Shown: one piece after another, positions 42,626-58,132 of the stretch
Numbering within the stretch: the stretch's first letter is position 1
Layout of the letters: every line of letters begins with the position of its first letter
DNA from: the human T2T-CHM13v2.0 reference genome, Homo sapiens
Assembly: GCA_009914755.4 (NCBI GenBank)
Contig: CP068257.2
Span: forward strand, 31,104,001 to 31,168,000
Direction of reading: 5' to 3'
DNA length: 64,000 nucleotides
Translations under genes and position numbers: made by a program
The notes under the pieces: model-generated
Database searches by the model: none
Told to the model about the DNA's origin: nothing
The model's input: only the letters and a program-made list of their open reading frames with translations

Positions 42626-45600
42626 CACCAAAAAAGAAAAAAAAAAAAAAAAGAAATGGACTAAGACACCAAGTTACATTGTACTGGCTGATGCAAAGTG
42701 GGCTGATCAGAATCTCCCGAGATTTTGCCCTTGAAACAGAGACAGTGAGTCCCTGCTTATGGCTGGAATTGCAATGAACTCAAAAGCAGTAGGAAAGCCT
42801 TAAATTACATGTCAACTCAGGAGCCAAGAAAACTAGTCAATGTAGCGAGAGAGAAGAATGAGGACAGAAAGGATACTCTGAGGGCTTCTGGTACCTTCCC
42901 AGGTCCTTGACTCTTCCAGAAGCTGGACTGCACGCCATGTGTGAGTTCCCTTGATCTTCTTGGAATCCTTATAATAAATTTCCTTTTTGTTATTGTTGGT
43001 ATTAATGATGTTTTATTGTGTTACGTATATTTGCTTAAAGAGTTATTTTCATTTTATAGTAGGGTAAATTTTATCTGTGTACCTTATACAATTGTTTTTA
43101 AAAGTTCACTTGCTTAATAACTCTTCACCTATAGCTTTTGTTCAACAGAGTTTTTCTCTTATTTCTTTCTTTTTAAAAACTATGCACACATACATCCTCA
43201 CAAGCAGGCATTTAAGCAGCAAGTAACAGTGAGGAATGCTCTCTCTCCTGCAGGCACATAGTTATTGCAAGTAACTTGCTAATAGAGATAAGTACCTCTG
43301 TTTAGAGCATATAAATGGTCCTAGTTAAAATTGTTAGTAAATTTATACTTTGTATCAAACTCTATTAAAATGTAGCCATTGGTTCTAATTGAATGAGATC
43401 ATTGTTTCTACTAAAACTTTGACTCAATCCAGGTTTAAAAGACCCCAAGGTTTTATTTATTTATTTTTTTAAATAAAGTTGTTACTTTAAAAATTATTGG
43501 CCACATTAGTATCCCCAGTGGAGATTCAACTCTTATAAATGTATTCCACTCATGAGTGTTTTGGCAATTCAGCTATAATGGTCATTTCTTCATTTTCCAA
43601 AATGACACTTTCTTCAACCAAAAGAAAGTGAAATTTCTCTTTGTCCAAACTAAGGCCTTCACCAGATGTGACCCCTCAACCTTGGAACAAAAGTAAATGT
43701 TTTAATGAAGGTTACCTTGTTCATCCTAGTTTATTTTTAAGATGTATCTTCTATTTAGACCAGGTATTTCTCTTACCCATTCATTCAACAAAATTTATTG
43801 AACATGTTTGATGCTCTAGGCATTGTGCTAGGCAGTAGGGACACAACAGTGAATAAGACAGATGTTTTCTTTGTCCTAGAACTGTAGTCAGCTGCTAGAG
43901 ATGTAAAAAGTCAATAAACAAATTAATTGCTAATTGTGATTATAATTGTGAACGAAATCAATAGGGTACTACATCTTAAGAACTGATATAAAATGATAGA
44001 AATTTCAGTTTGAGTTTATTTTTTCTATGTGCTGTAGGGGACAGGAAACATTCTCTTTACCCTCTGAAGGACTGAAGTAAATAGATAGTAGACAGAGTAA
44101 CAGGAAAAAAAGGCACACAAATTTATTATATGCACAGGGGCATCATAGGAAAAAGTGAGTACCCTATAACCGAATGATATTGAGAAGCTTATATACCTTC
44201 TTCAAAGGGGAGAGACAGGGAAGGATGTAGGCAGCTTAAGGTTGAGAAAATAATTTGGGGAAAAGATGAATAGGTGTTAGAGCCTGTGCCAAGTCTCTCT
44301 GGGCATGATGTTGACCTTCAGTCTCTTCTCTTGGGTTGCAGTTGATCTTCCTTGGTTGAAGAGATTCCTGGGGAGGAGACTCATGACAATTGAGTTTCTT
44401 TTTGGAGGATCTATCTTTAGGCAGGTATGAGAAGTTCAGAGAGCCTCTCCCTGTGCTTTGGGAAAGAAAGAGGGGCCAGAGACAGGAGGGCAGGAGAAGG
44501 TCAGAGAGACCCTGGTTCTGAGGCTCCTTCTGTGGTTTTCCAATCTCCTTTAGTTCAAAGTACTCAGCATGCTAAAGTGGCATGCTTTGTGGTATTGTGA
44601 GCCCTAACAGTGCCAATGGCCAGTTAAGTATCTTTATCATTAGAAAATGTGTAAGGACTTTGGGGGCTGAGGCAGAACATTTTCCTGCAAGATAATTACA
44701 ATGAACAGCTCCAAGGTGTCTTCAGTAGTAAACTTTTCTTCAAACATTTCATGTAAAATGGGCATTTGAAATCATTTTGTTCAGTTCAGTATTTTATATC
44801 TTCTAGTGTTACTATGTGAAAGAGTATTATTCAGAACCATAGTAGAACAAGATATTTATATTACATTCACAATGGACACTTTATATCTGAGAATAGTGTG
44901 ACCAATGAAAAAGCAAAAATACCAATCTATGCACGCTTTCTGAAAGAACCCACTTACCACCTGTTGGGTCAGTATCATTCATACATTATTGTGCCTCTTG
45001 AAAAAAATTTGAAGCAGATATATTATGGAAGACGACAGTTATAAACATGCTCTCTGGGTATAAAGGATAGAAGAATTGATGTTTCTTTTTTTCTGTATTG
45101 TTTAGTGTTACTAGAGGGCAGCAAAGTCATACAATAAACATACAGTAAGCTTAGACTATGATTACCTAACAGAATCAGATGCAGCTTTGAATTTGTTAAA
45201 AACTACAGATGGACTTTGAAAAGTAACTTTTTCCTAATTATAAAAGTACTGCTTGCACATTTTAGAAATTCAGAAAATGCAAAACAATACAAAGAAGAAA
45301 ATGAGAATAACTTATAAACTAATCATATGGTTTAAATCTTAAAAGGTATTAAATGTTAATTTTTGGTTCATTCCCTTCCTGATTGCTTGTGTTTAGTCAT
45401 TCTCTGCTCAAAACACCTAGACTGTTTTCTGTTTTCTGCACAGATACAGCATCTATTTATCTACAGTAATGTTCTCTGTGTTTTTTAACTAAATGGTATC
45501 ATGCTCTATGTGTTATTTTATAACTTGCTTTTTCCTTTTAGCTTGGGATTTGCAGCTCTTTTAAGTATGTTTAAATATACTTCATTCATTTTCCCAACTT

Positions 45601-45638
45601 TTTATTTTGGAAAAATTCAAATGATAAAAACAAGCAGG

Positions 45639-46225
<587 letters not shown>

Positions 46226-46662
46226 CAACACACCAACACACATAACAGCAAGAATAATACAACGATTACCCACATATCCTTCACCTAGATTCATCACTGT
46301 TAATATTTTGCTACATTTGCTTTCTCTCTTTATCTTTGCTGAGTCATTTCAAAGTTACCTGCAGACATCCTGATACTGCAGCCCTAAATACTTCAGTGAG
46401 TATCCCCTAAGAACAAGGGCATTTCTCTACATACCCATAATACAGTTATCACACTCAGGAAGTTTTACATTAACATACTACTGTTATCTAACATCGAGTC
46501 CATATTCAAAATTCCCTCACTTATCCCAATAATGTCTTTCATAGCTGTTGTTTTATCCCCAATCTGGGATCTCGTAAAGATTGTGCATTGCATTTAGTTG
46601 TCATGGGTATTTAGTCTCCTTTATTCTAGAACAGTCTATCCGTTCTTTTTTTCTTCTTTTAA

Positions 46663-46967
<305 letters not shown>

Positions 46968-48056
46968 AACACTGACATTTTTGAAGCGTCCTCATCAGTT
47001 TTTTTTTTTTTCTTCTCCAGAATGACCCTCTATTTGGATTTGGATTACACAAAGTTTAACGTTTTTTGGAAAAATCCTACCTAGGTAATGTGTAGTTCTC
47101 AATGCATCATGTCAGGCAGCTTATGATGCCAATTTGTCCCATGGTAAGTTTTTTTTTTTTATCTCTATGGGTGCATAGTAGGTGTATGTGTTTGCGGGGT
47201 ACATGAGATGTTTTGATACAGGTATGCAATGTGATCATGGAGACACATGGGGTATCCATTCCCACAAGCATTTATCATTTGTGTTACAAACAATCCAATT
47301 ACACTCTTTTAGTTATTTTAAAATGTACAATTCAGTTATTGGCTATGGTCACCCCTGGTAAGTTTAATCACTCAGTTATGGACCTTTCTCCATTGTAAAG
47401 GTCCTACTTGTAGTTAATAAGTAATCTGTGGAATGATGATAATTTTAGACTGTGTAAATATTCCTCAGAATTTCAACCAATCATTTTAGCATCCATTAAT
47501 GATTCTTTTCAGAATTCATGATTACTATAGCATTTGCAAAATGGTAATTTGGTATTACTCTCTATTACTCCTTCTAAATTTATTAGTTGCCAATGTTCTG
47601 TAAATCAGACTTTCTCTTCTTCTTTCCCACTTTTTATTTTTTTACTTTTTTTAGTGACAGTACAGACTCATGGAGTCTTTTTCAAATCAATATGCTAAAA
47701 TCCATTTCTGTAATTGATCGTTTTGATGTTCATATTGTCCCTAATTTGGCCAGTAGAACTGTCTGCGATGGGTTCTGCATTCTCTTGCTACATCTCCATC
47801 AACTTTTTGACCTTATCTTACTTTCTGTCACAGTAAGATGTTTCAAGCTCACTTTATGTTTTTGTTTCTCCAGACCCCTGGAATCAGCCATTTCTTCAAA
47901 ACCCTATTTTTTGTTTGTTTGTTTGTTTTAATGGGGAATGGTGTTGAGAAACCACAATTTAGGTGTCAGGTGTGTTCTTTGCCACAGGGGTGTCATTGCT
48001 TCTAGGCTTTCTCAGAGGATAAAGCTAAGACATATGTCTTAAAAAGCATGAGTTTG

Positions 48057-48416
<360 letters not shown>

Positions 48417-49235
48417 TCATATTTCCTACCATTACAACTCTGGATGGACCTCCAAAAATTTGAGTGTATTTACTCTTTTGCACAATCCTACAAAGTGGTT
48501 TTAGAATTGTTGTACCAATATTATCACCACCAACAAGCCTACTAAAGTTTATAATTTCTTTGCATTTTTAAAAACTAACAGTGTTTTATTTCTTTCATAA
48601 AAAATCTTAAATGTGGCAAAATGTTCATATTTGTCAATTCTGGATGATAATTACATGAGTGTTAGTCATATTATTCATTCTTTTCTTTTTAAAAAATTCT
48701 TATTGAAGTATAGAATGCATACAGAAAAGTGCATTTATTGTACATGAAGAGCTAAATGAATTTTTACTAACTGGCATATGTGTATGTGTGTGTGTGGGGT
48801 GCTTCTCTATGTAGATATACAAAAATATAAATGTTGTTTTCTAGCTTGTGTAAATTTTAAGACACATTCCTAAATTGTACTTCAAAGTGACTGTACCAGT
48901 TTATTCTCTTAAATAGAGACTATTTGCCTACAGGCATGACAAAATGGAATATCAAATAACTTTACTTTTTGCCAATCTAGTGGATGAAATATTAGTTTCC
49001 TGTTGCATTTCTCTGGGTAGAGGTAATTTTTTTGTTGTTCAGTTATTGGCTACTTGTTTTCATCTTAAAGTGAATTGCATGCTTATTTCATCGTTTTTCT
49101 ATTAGATTGTTAGTCTCTTTGTTTTCTACTTTAATACTATCTAATTTAACATTATGAGATTTGTCTTGGGGTAAGACTGTAACTTTAAGCAGTAAGCACT
49201 TGTTCCAGCATCATTTGTTTATTTATGTAAAAATG

Positions 49236-49569
<334 letters not shown>

Positions 49570-50204
49570 CTATTATGAAAGTGATTTTGTGTGTTTTAAA
49601 TTTTATTTGTATAAACTTATGGGGCATAAGTGCAATTTTGTTACATGGATATATTACATAATGGTGAAGTCAGGGTTTTTCGTGTGTCCATCACTGGAAT
49701 AATGTACCTTGTGTCCATTAAGTAATTTCTCATCATCTACTCCCTGCTCTTTCAAGTCTTGATTATATGTTTATTCAAAAAATAAATATATCTCCCAGTA
49801 AATAAATATTTCTCCCAGATAGGTAGAAAATAAGAATTGCCCCCATACCATCACCACATATGATACTGTTTTTAGTGTGCGTCCTAGTCTGTTTTTTATT
49901 TTTTGTTGTTGTTTTGTGTGTGTGTGCTTCTAACACCCTCAATTGACTTAATTTCCCTTTCCATTTTTTTTAATGATTTTACTATTAGCAAGTACTTTTT
50001 TTTTTTTTTTTAGTTTAGGATCTGTCTTTGAGGCATCCTTCCTGCTGTATTTGTCTATCTATGGTGCCATTTATATTGTCTTACAATTGTCTTTAGGAGA
50101 AATGTACTCTCTGTAGAGCCAGCTCTCCCTCATTGCTTTCCTAGAGTCTGGGTAGGATAAACATGACCTTGTGCAACATTTTGAGTTGTGACTCTGTATT
50201 AGTT

Positions 50205-50565
50205 TGTTCTCACACTGCTAATAAAGACACACATGAGACTGGGTAATGTATAAAGGAAAGAGGTTTAATTGACTCACAGTTCCACATGGCTGAGGAGGCA
50301 TCACAATCATGGCTGAAGGTGAATGAGGAGCAAAGTCACGTCTTATATGGTGGCAGGCAAGAGTGTGTGTGCAGGGGAACTCCCCTTAATAAAACCATCA
50401 GATCTTATAAGAACTCACTATCATGAGAACAGCATGGGAAAGACCCACTCCCATGATTCAATTACCTCTCACCAGGTACCTCCCACAACCTGTGGGAATT
50501 GTGGGAGCTACAATTCAAGATGAGATTTGGGTGTGGCACAGCCAAACCATATCAGACTCTGTTAA
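50205..50565 (-). mobile_element. ERVL-MaLR solo LTR (THE1/MST-like), minus orientation.
   Basis: Reverse complement reads tgatatggtttggctgtgccacacccaaatctcatcttgaattgtagctcccacaattcccacaggttgtgggaggtacc...gggagttcccctgcacacac... Confidence 0.8.
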
Positions 50566-51892
50566 ATGAAAAAGCCTCCGTACATCATTATTCTTGTAAC
50601 AAATCACATCCAATTTACAAGTGTTCTGTAAATTCTGGAGAAACAGAGGCCCTGAAGTTATTCGTGAGCAAGTCTGGGAAATGGAAATGGAGGTTCCAAT
50701 TCCTGTTTTTACTAATTTAATGTGTATAAAATGTTATCTATATCTTTTCTTCATTCCTTTGTTCCTTCCTTTCTTTTGAGGGACTTTCATAGGTTCATTC
50801 AAGAGTTTTAACCCCTAACTCATTTTTCTCACAAGGCCTTAAATTCCACAACCTCATCATCTACCACCTTTGGTGCTTTCAGAATCATGACTCTCAATGT
50901 TGAAGAATGGGCTACTGCATGGAAGGTGGGTGCAAACCCCTAAAATTTCCACCCCTGGTTCTGGAAAGTGAGAAATTGGGGATTTCAATACTGCAAGCCA
51001 TCCTTCACATTCTAAACTCATTGTCTTTACTTAGTTCCGTCAGCATTTCTTTCTTCCAGTCAGTGGGGTATTGGCATGGACTTGTACTGGCTCATAAGAG
51101 CTGATTGGTAAGTTTTCAGGAATTTGCAAGCTGGTTGTTAAGCACAGTCATTATTGAAAGCAAATTATGTAAACTTACAATTAAATAAATTATATCAAAA
51201 CCAAAAATAATAAATACTCAGAACTTATCACTTCCTAATTATTTTACTTCACTTTACTATTATTCATGCTTTTGGGGTTAGTTGTGCCTGTTGTATAGGT
51301 AGGGTGGAAATACTATATAATGCTGCCCTATTGTATGTCTTTTCTCAACTCCATGTTCTCTTGGTAGCATGAAATTGGGTTATGGTGGCAGTATTTACAC
51401 CACTACATATCAGAGTGTGATTTATGATTTTGTTGAGTGTGATGGAGAAAATGTTAACGATGCAGATTAAACTTAAAAGTGTGTCATGTCCATAGCCCTT
51501 ACATTGTGAATAGTCCCCATACATGAGAAAATATTCCTCCAGTATTTGAAAACTATTATTTGATTCAGCAAAGAAGTTGCTTTCATCACTGACTAGCAAG
51601 TGACATTCTCACATATATCTTTGTTGTTTAACTTTCCTCTTACTTCTAACATAAATGAAAATCTCAACCAATATTTATACCAAAACTATACATGCTCATC
51701 AGTTGCAACCCTAGGTTGGCTTTGTGTACAAGAGTTTGGCAAAAATCAAAGCATTCTTTGAGAACTAATGATGTACAAAGAGTATATAATAAAGAGTAAT
51801 CTATAGTTTATTATCATTTGTAAATTGTGTGCTACACATTCTTTACATCCGTAAAATTGAAATAAACTATGTACATACATATCTGCGTACTT

Positions 51893-52998
51893 TTTTGAAG
51901 ACTAAAGTGAAAGCAAGTTTATTAAGAAAGTAAAGGAATAAAAGAATGGCTACTCCATAGGCAGGGCAGCCCTGAGGGCTGCTGGTTGCCCATTTTTATG
52001 GTTATTTCTTGGTTATATGCTAAACAAGGGATGGGTTATTCATGAGTTTTCCGGAAATGGGTAGGGGGTGGGCAATTCCCAGAGCTGAGGATTCCTCCCC
52101 TTTCTAGACCATGTTGCCATGGCATTTGTAAACTGTCATGGCGCTGGTTGGAGTGTAGCAGTGAGGACGACCAGAGTTCACTTTCATCTCTATCTTGCTT
52201 TGGGTGGGTTATGGCTTCTTTACTGCAACCTGTTTTATCAGCAAGGTCTTTATGTCCTGCATTTTGTGCTGACCTCCTATCTTATCCTGTAACTAAGAAT
52301 GCCTAACCTGCTGGGAATGCAGGCCAGCAGGCCTCAGCCTTATTTTACCCAGCCTCTAAACAAGATGGAGTCGCTCTGGTTTAAACGCCTCTGACATTTC
52401 CCCGCTCCCTTTTATAAGAGAACCCTTAATCCTAAGGGTCATAGAGAGATGAAGGTCCATCTTTTGTAACTTCTGGAGGCTGAATGAGGTGATGATATTC
52501 CTGCCTATCTATTAGGGTCTCAGATCCAGGGTAGAGAGGAGTTCAGTCAGAGAAAGTCCGTATGGTGAGGGCCATTCATAACTCTGACTAAAAGTGATAT
52601 AACTAGTTTCCAGATTTTGGAGAAATTAGATAGAGAGAAACAAGCATGCTTCAAATTTTGTTCACAGGAGCGTAATTTATGCAATTGTTGAAAGCTGTCA
52701 ATAGCTCAAAAGAAAGGTTTCCTTGACTCCAAAGTCAGCCAATCAGTGTTGGTCTATTTCCTTTGGGTCAGGGGTCTCCTTAGTATCATCCCTTTGTGGT
52801 TGCCATAAAGATGTTACCAGAAAGGGGTCCTAAACCAGACCCCAAAGAGGGTTCTTGGATCTCACATAAGAAAGAATTCAAGGCGAGTCCGTAGAGTAAA
52901 GTGAAAGCAAGTTTATTAACAAAGTAAAGGAATAAAAGCATGGCTACTGCATAGGCAGAGCAGCCCACCTCCCTTTTTTGTTGGAGAGCTGCTGGTTA
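51893..52998 (+). mobile_element. LTR-class (ERV-type) repeat of about 1 kb. Its first about 75 bp recur as a direct repeat at 52897-52967.
   Basis: taaagtgaaagcaagtttattaagaaagtaaaggaataaaagaatggctactccataggcagggcagccc at 51903 matches taaagtgaaagcaagtttattaacaaagtaaaggaataaaagcatggctactgcataggcagagcagccc at 52897. Internal ...catggcatttgtaaactgtcatggcgctggttggagtgtagcagtgaggacgaccagag...ctttactgcaacctgttttatcagcaaggtctttatg...gggaatgcaggccagcaggcctcagccttattttacccagcc is a known human LTR consensus. Confidence 0.6.
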
Positions 52999-54124
52999 AA
53001 CTTTTGTTAGCACACCACTGGCCAGAGGCAATAAGCTACTAGCCCCAGGCCAGATGGCTACCATTAACATAGTTTGTTTGACCCACATGATATTATTTAA
53101 AACAAACAAACAAAAAAGCTGAATGGCAAGCCGACATTTACAAATTGTGAGAATTCACATAACAACCTGGAATTCCTCATTCTCTGAAGGATCAGATCTG
53201 GCCCCATCAGATTTTCCCATGGCAACACTCAGTTGGAGCTGAGCCACTGTAGAGCTTCAGGTGGGGCATGCACCCTTACTTAACCACCATCCCACCACTC
53301 CCTGTTGTCCCCCAAACCCTGCAGCTAAGTGCCAAATGCCATTAATCCCCATGCCTGCACTGTGGATTTTCTCTGCCCATTCTTCATCCCACAGCAGCAC
53401 AAACTGAACCATATTTTTAGTCCAGAAATCTGAAACCTCAGGCTTGATTTATAACTAAATTAGCTTTCCTTTTCTGTTGGTTTAAGTCCCATTAACTCAC
53501 AAGTATTTCTCAAAAGACTTACTTAAAACATATGTGAAAGGGCTTTGAAACTATTAAAAGCTACCAAATGGAAGATATTTATAGGAGGCATATACTTTCT
53601 ATCATCATTTAATTTTATACTTTATTAATAAAAATTATTAAAATTCAATTTGTTATATTTTCAGTAACTAATGACAATGAATATATTACTAATCTTTTCA
53701 CTTGTCTTTTCTTGCTTTCCTTTTTCCTCCTTTTTCCCCTTTTCCTTATTTTTTCTTTCACTTTAACATTATCTGCAGTACAATGTCAGTAATGAGGTCA
53801 CATTTTTCTATTAAAATTCATACTTTGGTCTTTGTTTTGGCCTAATTTAAACACTGACATGGGCTCATGCTAATTAGCCTGAATGGCTAAATCCCCCACC
53901 AATTAAGCAAATGTAGAAATTGCAGATTATTTCAGTTACTCTATGTTAAGGTTAAGTGAAAAAAAAAAAAAAGTGATGTATGTGATCTAAAGTCATCAAC
54001 CCCAGGATATCCTGTTAAGTCATGGACTATTTCTTATCATTATGGTATCATGAATGCAATAATGTTTCAAATTCATTCCACTCCAGGTTTAGACATTTGT
54101 ATCACAATTGCAGTGGATTCTTTT

Positions 54125-54392
<268 letters not shown>

Positions 54393-55136
54393 ATGGATTC
54401 TTTACAGTCCACTTTAATGGCAAGTTGCGTCTCTATGAGGGAAAATTTTCTTTGTACAATAATGAATCCATTTAATTTTTTCAAAAGTATGTTGCTTTGG
54501 TTCCTTTTATCAGCACACATAAAATCATTTTGTGTTAACCGTGTCATATAAAATGCCTTCACTTTGCAATCTTAACCTTCCAAATGGATTGAGCCTTAGA
54601 TGTTTTTTTGTTAATTATCTGTTAATAATTTGAGCACTTTTAACAATAGAAATAATGTTGTAAGTGGTGAGTAAATTCCCAGGCTAGCCCCTAATGTAGT
54701 TAAACATAGCTTGAATGGTATTCATCTAAGTTCTGATTTTTGGAGCAAGAGGAAAAGGAGTAGGAGAAAGAAGATGAAAATGAGAAGAGAAATTGGTGAA
54801 ATGGTATAGCAGGGGCAAAGACAGACCATGCAAAGAAAGAAAAGGAAAAGAATGTGAAAGGCTAGAAGTGAAGAACTTTCCTTGCAGTTAGGCTGTGCTC
54901 TAAGCAAAATTTTGAGATAGATGCAAATGTGTTTTGTGTCCTCCAATTTTCACTGCTGCATCCCTCTCTCTGGAACACTGGTCCCCCCATTTGATCCTAA
55001 GGTCTTACCCTATCCATGCCTGTGGTACCTCCACCCCAACAAACACAGTCTCCAACCTCTTATTTCTTGGTGCATCTATTCTTAGCAAGGTATTTAGAAA
55101 AGATCAGTTTAAGAGAACCTAATCATTTTATTATTA

Positions 55137-55490
55137 TTATTTTTTTTTTTTTTGAGATGGAGTTTCGCTCTTGTTGCCCAGGCTGGAGTGCAATGGTGTG
55201 ATCTCTGACTCTGTCACCCAGGCTGGAGTGTAGAGTGCAGTGGCACGATTTTGGCTCACTGCAACCTCCGCCTCCCAGGTTCAAGCGATTCTCCTGCTCA
55301 GCCTCCGAGTAGCTGGGATTACAGGCATGTGCCACCATGCCCGGCTAATTTTGTATTTTTAGTAGAGATGGGGTTTCTCCATGTTGGTCAGGCTGGTCTT
55401 GAACTCCCGACCTCAGGTGATCCGCCCGCCTCGGCCTCCCAAAGTGCTGGGATTACAGGTGTGAGCCACTGTGCCCGACCATTTTATAAA
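55137..55490 (-). mobile_element. Alu (minus orientation) with a short internal duplication. It lies about 0.5 kb from the C21orf62 stop codon, presumably in the 3'UTR.
   Basis: t(13)gagatggagtttcgctcttgttgcccaggctggagtgcaatggtgtgatctctgactctgtcacccaggctggagtgtagagtgcagtggcacg...gtgtgagccactgtgcccgacc. Confidence 0.9.
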
Positions 55491-55985
55491 ACTCATAGTC
55501 CCCAAACCTCTGAAATTGATTATTCTCTACTTAGGGGAATTCCAAGCAATTTCACAAAATGAAACAGAAAAAAATTAAGGCAGTATTTTGAAAGAAGATA
55601 TGTTTCTTGGGGGTCACCTTCTAGGAGGAGCTCCACTAAGCAGTCTCTAGGGTGTATTGCTTTCTCCATTTCTGACGGGACATTTCCCTGCAGGCTTCTA
55701 GTTGCAGAGACCAAGCCTAGCTGGCTCCCAAGACATGTCCCTGGACGGAATCAAGTTGGTTTTTTGGTTTCTTTTTCTTTTGTTTTTCAAAAGTGTTCTC
55801 GCAGTTGGGCACAGAGCAGAACAGAGAGCTGGTTATTGGTATGTGTGGCTGTGTTGCAAATGGAGCCTGCGGAGAGAGGCACAGTTGTGGGTAGGGATAC
55901 CTATCTCACGGCCTTATTTCCAGATTCCTTCTGCAAATTATTCATCATTTGCCAAAGTTCCAGGCAGCTGGACACAGTTATTATG

Positions 55986-56645
55986 CTAGTAAATAAATGT
56001 GACAACATAGCTTTTGTTGCTTGGCATTGGGAAGGTTCTAAAGTAAGAAAAGTCAGGAAAGTTGTTGGCAATGCTGGTAACGTTTTCAATACTATATGAT
56101 TTTAAGGCTGAGTCCCTGTTGAAAAGAGCCATATCTAAGAATGAGATATACATACATGGCTGCCAGCCTTTGTGTAACCACATGGGCTTCTCTCTGGAGT
56201 CACTGTCCCCACCGCTATGGATGAGTAAGCTCTGCTCTGGGAAGGGATGCTTGGCCTCCATGTTGATGCGCAGCCTCTTCAGACCACAAATAGCCAGGTA
56301 TTCAGTGGGGAGAGTGTTGGTGCTGCACAGGGAAAGCTTCAGGTCTTGGACCAGCGTGAAGTTCAGCAGGTGGCCCAGCGCAGATGTGTCCGTGAACCAG
56401 ATGGTCAGATGGCCATTGTAGCTGGTTCGCTCTACTGCAAGGGGCAGGACGGTTTTACAGTTGCACATCAGGTTGGCCAAACTGTAGTCACAATCCCGGA
56501 TGTCCGCAGAACAGCTGCAGTTCCGAATGGTGTTTTCCCTTGTGAAGATGAGCGTGCTGTTCTTCTGACCTTTGGTGAAGCAGTTAAGTGCAAAGACACC
56601 CAGAGTGCTGATCAGAAGAAGACAGTGCCTGGAAGGTGGTGCCAT
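55986..56645 (-). CDS. C21orf62: C21orf62 (EURL) complete coding sequence of 219 aa plus stop, carried on the gene's last exon. It begins [23 protein letters not shown] (signal-peptide-like) and has several N-x-S/T sites and many Cys.
   Basis: Longest clean ORF in the window outside PAXBP1 and the CpG island. ATG is at 56645-56643 (plus strand cat). The sequence and the 219-aa length match what I recall of human C21orf62. An upstream acceptor cctcttttctttcag| has its AG at 56711-56710, so the exon starts about 56709. The antisense track ORFs 56247..56750(+) and 56062..56421(+) are mirror artefacts. Confidence 0.75.
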   Translation of the reverse strand: MAPPSRHCLLLISTLGVFALNCFTKGQKNSTLIFTRENTIRNCSCSADIRDCDYSLANLMCNCKTVLPLAVERTSYNGHLTIWFTDTSALGHLLNFTLVQDLKLSLCSTNTLPTEYLAICGLKRLRINMEAKHPFPEQSLLIHSGGDSDSREKPMWLHKGWQPCMYISFLDMALFNRDSALKSYSIENVTSIANNFPDFSYFRTFPMPSNKSYVVTFIY

Positions 56646-58132
56646 GCTTGCCCAGCATGGGCCAGCGTGTTTATCCCCCCTCTTTTTGAACCAATTTGTT
56701 GGAACTCACCTGAAAGAAAAGAGGCAGCTTTATCACAACCTTTCATTTGAAATACACAGCTTATGGAAAAGGAACCCCAGAAAAAAACAAGTTGTAAACA
56801 TTTCTTTCTTGCAGTTCTAGTAACTGTTTCCTGAGCCACAGGCAATGCTTGCAGCCCAGGCACTGGGCAAGCTCTTTTCTCAGCACCTCATCCAGAGACA
56901 GCAGCCAAACCTTTGAGCTCTGCTCATCTGAGGTGTAAAACTCCCAGTGATGTTGGCTGACAGTGAGACCAACATGCCAACAACACAGCCAGAGCGATGC
57001 CAGAGCGGATGCCAGAGAGGAGACCTACCGCATCCTATCTATGGGCAGGGATTTGGAGTTGAAAGAGCACATTCTCCAAACATCCAATTACTAGCATGAA
57101 GCGCCCAAAAACCCCTGAACATGACATGCTTTCCTCCCCCTCAATATCTGACTTCCTGGAATTCGGGAGACAAACACTTCTTTGTTGGATTCAGCTATCC
57201 AAGCGCTACCTATTACACAACATAGCATGAATACCAATGAAGCATTTAGTTAATGGCAAGCTTTAATTTCTAAGTAGATAAACATGCCTCCCATCCCCAC
57301 CATATTAATCTGTTTGTGAGTCCATTCATCCTGTTCAGGGCCTCTTACAAATGTACCTAGGTAACTGTGGTAATAGACAACAAAAAGACTAATCACCCAC
57401 CGATTAATCACAATTATTTTGACTTAGCTACTCTTATGCCAGAAGAAATTTATGAACTGATCTTGTCAATGTATTGCAGGGCTCCAAAACAAAACCATAT
57501 ATAAGAACTTCTAAAAAATCTAAATAAGGTAGGGATGCATGGGTAATTTAAAGAGCAGCACCAATGTCCAGTTTTGGGTAAAAGCCCTACAGTGTCTGGC
57601 ATATGACAGATGCAGGATCCTCCTTTGTGGTGTGATTGGAATGAGATGAGATGAGCATTATGGCAGAGTGTACCACATTTCAGTTTGGCGAAAGTAATAA
57701 CATTCCCCCAATGACTGAGGAGAGAAACCAAACAATACAATTCAGTCTTCTCCATTTGCTAAGCTCCATGGGTGTGGTGGGATACTTGGCATGCGACCTC
57801 TGAGTGGGAGGGCCCAGAGCTACTGGCAGGGCCACTACACTAAGGGCCAGGGAGCCACAGATGGAAGGGTCAGTCTGAAGAGCTCAACATGTGTCCAAAG
57901 AGTACAGTGACAGCAGGAAAGAGGCTAGGCAGACAAGCAGCAATTAGGGTGTAAGATGAGGCCACAAGGCAATTAGAAATCCAAAGGAATCAAGGCTAAA
58001 AATGCCAGGGATCGGGTAGACAGGCAGGAGGCACAAGCCACAACCCCATGGCTGGGATGCCAGGAGGATAGAAGTAAGCTCTGCCGCGTAAACTTGAACA
58101 GAGGGTGAGACATTGATTCACAGCAACTGTGA

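Noticed and set aside
56062-56750. Plus-strand ORFs 56062..56421 (119 aa) and 56247..56750 (167 aa).
   Set aside because: They are antisense shadows of the C21orf62 coding exon. They have no splice or promoter context and the true gene occupies the opposite strand.
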